A stretch of DNA of 64,000 bases, from NCBI GenBank assembly GCA_965235115.1, contig OZ249445.1, positions 19,406,001 through 19,470,000 on the forward strand, given 5' to 3'. Under the pieces are notes generated by a model, which saw nothing but the letters and a program-made list of their open reading frames with translations, did no database searches and was not told where the DNA came from. Position numbers and translations under genes: made by a program. Of the stretch, positions 53,352 to 64,000 are shown piece after piece. Numbering within the stretch: position 1 is the stretch's first letter; the number at the start of each line of letters is the position of its first letter. This stretch comes from Laetmonice hystrix (lineage: Eukaryota).

Positions 53352-53364
53352 CCAGCAGGGGGCG
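53352..53364 (+). promoter_or_regulatory. CTCF-type motif CCAGCAGGGGGCG
   Basis: Exact match to the core. Confidence 0.55.
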
Positions 53365-54034
53365 TTTGTCGGGCACAGCACGACATCACACGACTCATTG
53401 TATCCTTACATTTCTCAATACTCAATTACTTCTTTGATACTGCCATTCGCTAACAACTGTGCCTTAAAAAAGTTCTAGGAGGTCCGGTTTCACTTATTAC
53501 TAAAAAAGTTACAAAAACTTAATGCTAGGTGGCACTTAGGTGTGAGGTTTCACTGAAGATGTTTGGTGAAGAACGATTAGAAGATCATTATTCTTTGTTT
53601 TGTTAGACCGCAAACAGCCTTTTAAAAGTAAAACTCAGAACCAATTGATCAATCACTCAATTGGTACCGGTTCAAGATTTGAATTAATCTTCCTTAGTGA
53701 ATTTTGGTACAAATTTATAACTCGCCTGTCAATAATTGCCTGCCCCTTGTTCGGACCACTCACATCTAATGATGACACATTAATGTACCAGATTTTACCT
53801 GTTTCTTCTTTTACAAAAAAAGAAAAAGAAATATCAAATATCCCTTCAAGTACTTTTTTAAATGTCCTTTCCTTTTTAATGAAATAGAATGTTTGAGATT
53901 TGATAACATGCATGCATTGGTGTCGTTCTCTTGTCACTGAATTACTAAAGTTCTATAAAGCTCATGTCCTCACCCTCCACCTGAGTCAGTGGGCTGAAGA
54001 TTTATTCCCGTAATGCCGACTTCAATAGAGGCTT

Positions 54035-54062
54035 ACTCACCTAAAATGAGAGGAAAAAATAC
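54035..54062 (-). other. Juxtaposed 3' and 5' splice sites (candidate ratchet point): gtattttttcctctcattttag|GTGAGTAAG
   Basis: Very strong pyrimidine tract and TAG immediately followed by consensus GTGAGT. All downstream frames close within 13 codons. Confidence 0.5.
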
Positions 54063-57000
54063 ATATTTTAGACAGTAACAAAAGGCACAGTTACAGGGCA
54101 GAACCATAAATAAACAAACCTTTGAACAAAATAAAGTACTGGTAATATGTAAAGGCTACAGCATCTTCACTGTCAACGTTCACTTGTGAAATTGAGAGCC
54201 GAGACACAAATTCAGTGGACTAATTATTAATCCTTTCAATAACCAGAAAGAAAAGTCAGAGCTCTCAAACATAAATCTTGTGGGAAACGTCCCCAAGAAA
54301 GAAATCTTGGTGGCATTTGTTTCTCGCCCTCATTCAATTTCCGTTATTTCTATCTGCGATGTCTGCGGAGTGTGATTTCAAAGCAGAGTAAAATTCAATC
54401 TGGCACGATTCCCACTTATGTGGCTGATTGGATGCGTTAGCGTAAACAATACTCCCACGATATCTAATCATCCGTTAAAGTTGCAACTTTTCATTCTGCA
54501 TCAGTATCCCTGACTGGTCATGGATGATTGTATTGTTACCTTTGACAACTGACTTTTGTTGCCCTGTGCAGACAAAAACATTTGATGTTAGTAAGCTGAG
54601 CTTGTCGCAAGTCAAAGCTTATGATCATGTAGTTGCATTAGTTCAATAATAAACGAAGATATAAAAAGAAATGTCGATTTCGCTGATGCAGAATCCAAAC
54701 TAGTTTTAAGTGTCAATATTATATTAGAGAAGAGGTCTTTAACATGCTTAAAAAATAGGAGGGGCTTCCATATGAAGTAACCATACGGCTCTACACAAGG
54801 CACATATACCGATACATATGATTATAGTCGTGAGCAACAAGAGCGAATAGAATTTATGCTTGTAAACCAACCGTTCCTTAAATCAAGTTTAACAAGGATA
54901 CCTCACACATCAAAAGTTTAATTCTGAGTGTCGATCCGAAATTAACACAGTTCTCCTTATGATAGAGTAATACAGCTGGTAAAATTGCGAAATGTCTCTG
55001 ATGTTCCACCGCAGTTCTCTAAGCAAAGCTGAATTCCCAAATTTCGTTGCAGACCTTTTCAAAAGCGTCACTGACCGAAAGGTCCTAAAATCAATTAGAT
55101 GTTTCCGTTTTTCACATTGTGCTATCAGTATACACTACTGACACAGATACTGTAAACGTGCCCTGAGGTGACAGCGAAGAAAACTTGTAGAAAACCAATA
55201 ATTCCTGATGACACAGACATAAAAAAATCTTTTATGCTACGGTACACTCAGAGCAACGTGGCCCACTGAAGTAAAAGTTAAAAAAGCAAGCAGACATCGC
55301 CATGCGGGTGAAACATGTCTTGAGGCGTTCTTTTTCCTGCGTTCAGGTAATCCTTTGTTATAGGAGAACACGGAAAAATTCAAGTGAAAAATCACCAAAA
55401 GAGAATCAGTTTGTATACTGATATATATGCATGACATGGACGAAGATCTTAGAAAACACACGTGATGCACTAACAATTATTGCTGAAGAAGAAATCCACC
55501 CTACCTAAATTAAAACTTTTTTCTTCCCAACATCTATGGGGCCATGGAACCACCTCGACACCGAGGCACGGTGTATAGCAGACCCAAGATGTGATGCGGA
55601 AAACTCACCCGCTCACGACAAGTTAGCAAGTTTTTGTTATCGAATTTGTATCTGTTCTGTGTGTGCATGCCGTTTAACTTGATCATTCTTAAAAGATAAA
55701 TCCTCTTTGTCGAGTTAATTTCATGCTTGGTTGGTCTTGGACAATAGAAAAAAACATTTCATAAAAACTATTTCAGACTCTTTGTTAAGTGTTCACCAAA
55801 AGTTCCTAAATTGTAACCCTGAAGGGAACTTTTTCAAATGTTTCCACAAATAACAAAAAAAATTGTTTTAAAGTATGGCGCATACAAGTTGCTGTGTACG
55901 TTATACATAGCAACTATCTTAATGCTGAGAAGGATTTGTTGATAATTTGATTAGCACGTCATTGGTTTTCATCTCTAGTCTAGTGAATAGTGAAAACTAA
56001 GTACTGCAATACACATCCTATGAACTGCCTGTGTGAACCATCCCATCGTATGATCTAAATCTCATATACCGTATACCTACAAAAATACTATGGACCTACT
56101 GCATCTTCCGTATGGCTTCCACTATTTCACAAAAGTGCTGCATATTAGGACTTGATTCCTAATCACCGTCAATATTTTTCACCTTTTTTCACTACAATAT
56201 ATTCCCGACATTCTTGGGTAACGTCACGTCAATTATTAAAGGCAATACTGAAAAGAAAAATATCCTTCGAAATGAATCGGTCAGGGAATGTTTAAAACAA
56301 ACCATTTGAAGCATATGCCAGAAAACCTTTGTCTCTTCGCATTTGACACTATTTGAGCAGCACTACTCTCTGTGTAACTCGATTCAGCTTTTTACCAACT
56401 ATGCGCGGCCTGACGTCCTTCTTGCATGCATCGGACTGAGGTTTTCGTTCAAAGCGCCCGCATCTGAAGCCGAGCTGTCGCCGTGACAACGTAAAATGTG
56501 CATGTGTTTGTGACATTATCGGACACACATAAACGGTGAACGACTAGCTGGTTGGTGGTGAGTGGGGGCATGCCTTGACATGGAACTACTGTATACCAAT
56601 ATCTCGCCACCCTCCACCCCCACCTCAGGCTATCAGCCAATGCATGTCACATGGAAGCTCATTAATTGATCGTTAATGCTAATTGGCAAACATGCTCGCT
56701 GTCAGCCGGTCATGGGAGCATCAGTATTCAACAAGCCATTACACTGTATCGAACAAGTGCCACTCGTGAACCCATTTGATCAATGGAGCTAAACGTCGCT
56801 ACAACTTGCCGCATGTGCACTGAGTATGAAATGTATTCTATACATTTCATGCGAATTATCCTGGGACACGATTTTTCCATGTGAAAGCCAACAAATCCAG
56901 TGACTTGAAATTCTAATTGTACTTCAGAATGTGCAATATATTAAGTCCCTTTTGATTTGAAAATATATTTCTAGATCGCTTCATCTCAGATGAAGAAGGT

Positions 57001-59471
57001 GTTGCGCGTTAATTCGTCTCGCCATACGGATACGTGGCCAGAAAACACTATTTGACAAATGTTCTGTAAAGCTCTCTTCCGATGATTTAAATGGAGGCAT
57101 AGAACATAAATCTCAACAAAATGAGATAACTATTCTGTGATAACAGTTACATGAACGACAGGCGTGCACAAGGCAACTATTCATCTTTGACTTGATGACT
57201 TATCTATGCCGAACTTTTAAAACATCTGCGTTATCTTCCTGGGGAGTTTCCTCCTTATCTCTATCCCAGGTATAGTTGATAATGGTTGGGTTTATTTATG
57301 GTTTACTGGCGAAAAGGGGAGGGTGTACGAGAATCAGACGATCTCAACCCAACCCCTTTAGTGCCACCAGTACCCCACCCTGAAACATGTCAACAGCAGG
57401 ACCCGGCGCTCCACTTCAATCTTTAGTAGTTGCAACACGGTTTGCCAGATGGCACTGATTTCAGATAACTTGAAGAGAGTTGTGGAGTAAATGTTTGAGG
57501 TGAGTACCTGCCAGCCCACTGCCAGTTAGGTTAGTCTCATGGGGTTCCAGCATATGATCGAGAGACCTACTAAACTCCGACAATCGCTGACCCGTTCATA
57601 TACCCTCAATGCCTATATTGTTGGTGCCACCTCCCCCGCTCCCTACCCTCCTAACCAACACGTTTTACACTTCCCCCTAAAACGGGAAAGTATTAACCCC
57701 ATAACCTGCCCCCTTCACACCGAACTACCCGAGTGCAGGGACCCAACCCCGACAGATCAACCCTTGCTCTCCCCACGTCTGAATACAGCCTACCTTGGTT
57801 TGGTAACAAAGCATATTGATTCAGGCTGAAACTCGAGCTAAAATACAGTCAATAAACCCGGGGAGCTATGCGGAAGACCTGGGATGCTTGCAGAGCGGGG
57901 GCGGGCATTCAATTTCCAGCATGGGCCGCAAAAACGATAAAGTAGCCTCGACTTACCAGGAAAGGAGACAGTCGGGCTGTCCTTGTTGAATGGTAATCCG
58001 GCAAAGTTTGCTCAGAACATGAGCTATGATTATATCATATTCCAGGCAGGTAGTGGGACTGGTATGCATATTTAACATGCACCAGTCTGGTTAGATCCCC
58101 TGGCGGTTGGCCGGCCAGCCACTGGGGGATTTCACCATCACTACCTCCCCATCCATCATACCTCAGCTTTTCACACTGCTTCCCACTTTACAGCTCCTAT
58201 ATCAAGAACAGTGTGTGACTAGATTACTCAAAGTCCGTAATTCAAAGTGCACCTTTAATTCCAAAGCCCTTACTGCATACAGGGGCAACGTGCCTGTCCC
58301 TATTATAAATCCTTTAACACTGCGCCAGACCTATAACATCGTTAGCAAGGCAAATGTAAACACAACCGAAGAGTTTGAGACTGGAGGATCCCAGCGGGAA
58401 ACTTTCTGAGAATCCATGGGGGGGGGGGGGGGGGCAATAAAAACATCACCGACTGGTGGTACTATTCCAAAACGACCAGTGTATTACGGATAAACTTTAT
58501 TAAATCATGCGCGGTATATAGGGAGCAAACAGCGTGGATGTAAATATTTGTCAGCCTATAGTGTGACCGTGTTGGCGAAGCCGTGTTTGACAAACCAGGT
58601 ATAAGACACACACACACCTGGCTTGCATCTTTAATGGTTCCACTTTACATTAGCGTTGAGTTTCACGCCACGTTAATGTATCAGGTGTGTCAGCGAACTA
58701 GCAGAGGGGACTGAGCTTGTTTGAGATGATCCAAGTGTAGGGTCGGGTTACCACCAGTCTAGATACCAGCCCTTGTCTGTCTCTGGCTCTATTCTTTTTC
58801 TCTTTCTTTTCTGTCAAAGGATTTTAACACGCAGCCTTTGTCAGCCAGCAGCATCCTCAAATGAAATTAGGAACCTAAATAAAGTTAACAATTATATCTG
58901 AGACCTCAATGATGAATTCCATATCGGTCTGCCTAAAGACTTTCCCTGAAATGCTCGAATACCTTTCTAAAGTACTTTGTAAAAAAGTTACCCTAGAACT
59001 CTGATTGGTCAGAGAATGGTCTGCGTTATAACCTCTCAATACTGGCAGTTTGTGTGTGTTAAAGCTGGGGAGTAATTCATAATGATTCCAGGGGGATGTG
59101 CTCTACTACGTGCCAGGGTTGTCCTTGGAGGTTAATGTTCACGGAATCGAATTATCTCACCTGATCTGAGTGCATAATTACTTAAGCTGTCTTCCCGGAA
59201 ACAGGGTCAAGTGCTAATTCATTTAGGTTCTGCATCTGCAAAGGGCTTGAGGCACGACAGAAACGGTTTCCTTGGGAAGGAATTGCCACAGATCCTGCTT
59301 GCTGTCATCTTTTTTTTAAAATCCGACGCTGCAGATGCTAAAATAGCACCAGTCCATTATCATTATGACAGATAGCTGAATAGAAATAAGTATCCATGGT
59401 TTGTGGTGCAGGTGCTAGAAAACAGACGTGCTTGATAGCTGAATATCACATCGATCTAACCCTTTCCTTAG

Positions 59472-59576
59472 AAAGACGCAGGACCCGACAAACGCCGTCA
59501 TTGTTGAGGGCTGACGGCGCCATACAACCCCTGGTGTGGAGACCATCTCCTGGATCCGGGCCGGGCCGGCGGGCAG
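59472..59576 (+). CDS. Candidate 105-nt phase 1-1 exon (E)RRRTRQTPSLLRADGAIQPLVWRPSPGSGPGRRA(G)
   Basis: CTAAC branch-like motif plus cctttccttag acceptor, donor CAG|GTAGAA, GC-rich. No family recognised. Confidence 0.2.
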
Positions 59577-60049
59577 GTAGAAACCTGAGTACATAACCAA
59601 CCCTTTCCTCCTTCAGTGTCCAATCTACCAGACAATACTGTCTTCCGTTCTTACCATCCTTACTACCAACTGACACTGGGTGGTCACTGAGGCTGAAACG
59701 GTTCTGGTTGACCGGGCAGGGGTGTGTGTGTGTGTTGGGGGGGGGGGTGTATATTGTAACCTACACCAGATACATATGGGGTCAGGATACACCCAGGGGT
59801 TTGAGAACTATTGTAAAGACACCGTCACTTGTTCCTCAATGTTATCTTAGCGTGGTTGATATCACACGTATTGGTAATGTTCAGCGGGTTGTGCATCCTG
59901 TGACATCAATTATATGACATCACGCTAATGTACCTGGAGAATCTCTGGCTCTGGCTACAGACACCAACGACTAAAGCCAATATAAGAAGGTGAAGAAATC
60001 TTTCTGGTAATTACACCGATATCGATTATTTTATTAAATTAATCTCCTA

Positions 60050-61832
60050 TCCATGTCTGATCCACTGAACTGAACCCAATCTACAGGTCCACGTCTGATC
60101 CACTGAACCGAACCCAATCTACAGGTCCATGTCTGATCCACTGAACCGAACCCAATCTACAGGTCCATGTCTGATCCACTGAACTGAACCCAATCTACAG
60201 GTCCATGTCTGATCCACTGAACCGAACCCAATCTACAGGTCCATGTCTGATCCACTGAACCGAACCCAATCTATAGGTCCATGTCTGATCCACTGAACCG
60301 AACCCAATCTTCAGGTCCATGTCTGATCCACTAAACCGAACCCAGTCTACAAGTCCATGTATGATCCAATAAACCGAACCCAATCTACAGGTCCATGTCT
60401 AATCCACTGAACCGAACCCAATCTACAGGTCCATGTCTGATCCACTAAACCGAACGCAATCTTCAGGTCCATGTCTGATCCACTAAACCGAACCCAATCT
60501 ACAGGTCCATGTCTGATCCATTGAATCGAACCCAATCTACAGGTCCATGTCTGATCCACTGAACCGAACCCAATCTACAGGTCCATGTCTGATCCACTGA
60601 ACCGAACCCAATCTACAGGTCCATGTCTGATCCACTGAACCGAACCCAATCTACAGGTCCATGTCTGATCCACTAAACCGAACCCAATCTACAGGTGCAT
60701 GTCTGATCCACTAAACCGAACCCAATCTACAGGTGCATGTCTGATCCACTGAACCGAACCCAATCTATAGGTCCATGTCTGATCCACTGAACCGAACCCA
60801 ATCTAGAGGTCCATGTCTGATCCACTGAACCGCACCCAATCTACAGGTCCAAGTCTGATCCACTGAACCGAACCCAATCTACAGGTCCATGTCTGATACA
60901 CTGAACCGAACCCAATCTACAGGTCCAAGTCTGATACACTGAACCGAACCCAATCTACAGGTCCATGTCTGATACACTGAACCGAACCCAATCTACAGGT
61001 CCGTGTCTGATCCACTGAACCGCACCCAAACTACAGGTCCAAGTCTGATACACTGAACCGAACCCAATCTACAGGTCCATGTCTGATCCACTAAACTGAA
61101 CCCAATGTACAGGTTCATGTCTGATCCACTGAACCGAACCCAATCTACAGGTCCATGTCTGATCCACTGAACCGAACCCAATCTACAGGTCCATGTCTGA
61201 TCCACTAAACCGAACCCAATGTACAGGTCCATGTCTGATCCACTGAACCGAACCCAATCTACAGGTCCATGTCTGATCCAATAAACCGAACCCAATCTAC
61301 AGGTCCATGTCTGATCCACTGAACCGAACCCAATCTACAGGTCCATGTCTGATCCAATAAACCGAACCCAATCTACAGGTCCATGTCTGATCCACTGAAC
61401 CGAACCCAATCTACAGGTCCATGTCTGATCCACTGAACCGAACCCAATCTACAGGTCCATGTCTGATCCACTGAACTGAACCCAATCTACAGGTCCATGT
61501 CTGATCCACTAAACCCAACCCAATCTACAGGTCCATGTCTGATCCACCAAACCGAACCCAATCTACAGGTCCATGTCTGATCCACTAAACCGAACCCAAT
61601 CTACAGGTCCATGTCTGATCCACTGAACCGAACCCAATCTACAGGTCCATGTCTGATCCACTGAACTGAACCCAATCTACAGGTCCATGTCTGATCCACT
61701 AAACCCAACCCAATCTACAGGTCCATGTCTGATCCACCAAACCGAACCCAATCTACAGGTCCATGTCTGATCCACTAAACCGAACCCAATCTACAGGTCC
61801 ATGTCTGATCCACTGAACCGAACCCAATCTAC
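60050..61832. repeat. Minisatellite, 38-bp unit gtccatgtctgatccactgaaccgaacccaatctacag, about 47 copies
   Basis: Period 38 (60121 to 60159). Confidence 0.98.
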
Positions 61833-62139
61833 CTGTCATGTCCCTGCACTAATCTTCTATCAAGCTATAATGTACAGGAGATCAGCGGTCCCAATCTACC
61901 GACCCAATAGACCCATCACACAGGGTCCCATCATGTATCCGCACAGACCCAATCTACCCAATCAGCCCCCAATCTACCGCTTCTAACTCAATCTACCAGC
62001 CCGGGGCCCCATGCAATCTCTCCATCCTGACGCCGGACTTGACCACCTCTGATTGCTGCAGACCTTTCCGACAATATCCTCAATATGGCTGTCATCTCTG
62101 CTGTCTGACCTGTAATTAAATTGGCCAGGAGGTTTGTGG

Positions 62140-62300
62140 GAGAGAACCACACCCGCCGTGAGCGTCCTTGGAAACACGCACGGCCCCCCACACACAGCCC
62201 AACCTGATACCGCCCCGACCACCCTGGTCTGCGGCCCGGCCCGGCCGCGGGGGTCAGAATCTCGGTCAAGCCAGGTCAAATGGAGCCGGGATTGATAGAT
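62140..62300. promoter_or_regulatory. Small CpG/GC-rich patch with a GC box (ccgcccc), possible promoter
   Basis: gcggcccggcccggccgcggggg and elevated CpG relative to the flanks. No TSS evidence. Confidence 0.25.
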
Positions 62301-64000
62301 CGAGCCAGACAGCAGGGTCATCAGCACTTGCTCTTTTTTTCTACCACGGCTAAACCTGTCCTACATGCGACTGGTCCGTGCTGCCGAATTCAGCAATAAT
62401 ATTGTGAGAGCAGTGCAGATATACCTGACGTTTTCGTATAAACCATAGATAAACCAACAGCTCCGAGTCGCTTTCAGTAATGGGAGTTTTTTGTTGTTCT
62501 TATATATACCGTAAACCAAGTCTTTATTTTGGCTTCCAAACAGTAGATTTTTTGACACATGCCACACATGCAGTTGCCGGTAGAACCGAAAGCCATGCAT
62601 GCTTCTAGTTTTATGGATTATAATATTCTCTTTCGACTGCAGACCGATTCTCAGATGTTTCAACAAAAACGGGCGACTCTTCATCAGGTACTACAATTTC
62701 CATTTTAAATGAGTTCAAATATCAAGAAAAGTAATTTGACATGAGACGGGCCCCTGATGGAAATGTATTTTCCAAAGAAAAACAAATATCTTCAAACTTG
62801 AGAGGCGTGAGGATTTTTTCATAAACTTGGAAGCACCACATCTAATGATTTGCCACACAAATACTTCAAGACTTTGATCTCACAGAAGGATTTCGATGTT
62901 ATGCCCTTGGAAGTTTCTTCAAACAGAATTCTTCCATTACACTTCAAACTAATATCATGAAAGGCACGATTGTTTTTATTTCTCAGATCGCACCCTTCCT
63001 ACAGGTATTGGTTTTTCAATAAACAACCTTCACTAATTGAGAATTCAGTCTTGAGGGTATTTCCTCGTCTGGTACGGTCTGGCTGGTACCTGTACACAGT
63101 TAGCCCTGTCCGAACTGTTTGATATACATTGGAGTTGGTCCATGACCACGTGTCTAACCGTCGTTGGTCTGCCTTTGCCACAGGCAAGTATCTGGTCAGT
63201 GGCGTTTGTCTCAAACGGAATCTGAGGAAATACCTCAGGAAATAACACCGTACTCTGATCACAACCAGCATAAAATAGGTCATGTTTATCCCACACTGCA
63301 AACACTGGTCAAACAATATCTCTAGGGAAAAATTCAGATTTTTGTCCTTCAAATCACTGACCAACCCACCCGGAACGTTACGACCGTCCACAGGGAAGGG
63401 TTGCAATATATGATTAAACGGATGATTCTTTTTTACAAACAGTCGTGGCCAATTTGCAGCGCCACGTGGCGGTAAGGTACGGTACCACTCCCTCAAAGGG
63501 AGGAATAGAATGTTATGCACCAGCAGTCACCTGGTCCAAGATTACAAATGTGCATTATTAGCATATGCTGAATCTCTATTACGATTTATTTGTCTCAATA
63601 AAACAACCATCTTTAAAACTTAAACCGTCGAATAGACTATCACAGCTATTTTTAACACCATAACTGCGGTGGCATTGCAGACGTTTCCGCAGCTAGCTGA
63701 GCCTTAAAATTTCTATTTTCTGCTTGTCACTTTATACACAGGGAAGGCCTTCAAATACCAAATGAGATGAGCGTTAAATTGGACTGGGCAAAATTACACC
63801 ATGCATTCAGAAAAAAAATAATCAGATTCTGTTTTTGTAGATTTTGCCATTAGTGTAGCTGTGCTTCTGTCGATGGACAAAACACTCCACAAATGGGGTC
63901 GGTTCGTTAGAAATCTTTTGCTGCTGAATGCAACAACATAATGAAAGGAAACAAATGCCATTTAGTCTATAATAAACAGCAGTGTGAACCATCAACTTCT

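Noticed and set aside
60195-61319. Repetitive minus-strand ORFs (MDQTWTCRLGS...)
   Set aside because: The 38-bp unit is not a multiple of 3. The ORFs exist only where point variants remove the TAG.
5477-61832. CRISPR-like arrays (units of 31-47 bp)
   Set aside because: All are head-to-tail tandem repeats with no unique spacers, no cas genes and a eukaryotic context.

Overview
Eukaryotic genomic DNA, most likely from a bilaterian invertebrate (inferred from spliceosomal GT-AG signals, CTCF-type motifs, abundant minisatellites and G/C homopolymers). The species cannot be determined from sequence alone. The window is almost entirely non-coding. Only one coding exon is confidently recognisable: a 147-nt phase 1-1 minus-strand exon (1904-2050) encoding an LDL-receptor class A (LDLa) module with two extra cysteines. 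Much of the window may be long intron(s) of that gene. About 10% of the window is six minisatellites (units of 41, 47, 33, 78, 31 and 38 bp), and these account for all the very long ORFs in the track. There is no CRISPR array, intact transposase or RT, rRNA or tRNA gene, or prokaryotic system. The best leads are: (1) two strong minus-strand 3'SS-AG|GTGAGT junctions (24703/4 and 54040/1) that look like recursive-splicing ratchet points; (2) an exact 94-bp duplication giving the LDLa exon a decoy, stop-containing acceptor; (3) the 8-Cys LDLa variant; (4) a dense CRE-site cluster beside a CTCF motif and a perfect donor at about 53.1-53.4 kb; (5) an incipient 5-mer higher-order repeat in the 38-bp array. 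The other candidate exons are low-confidence pattern calls. All counts and alignments were done by eye.
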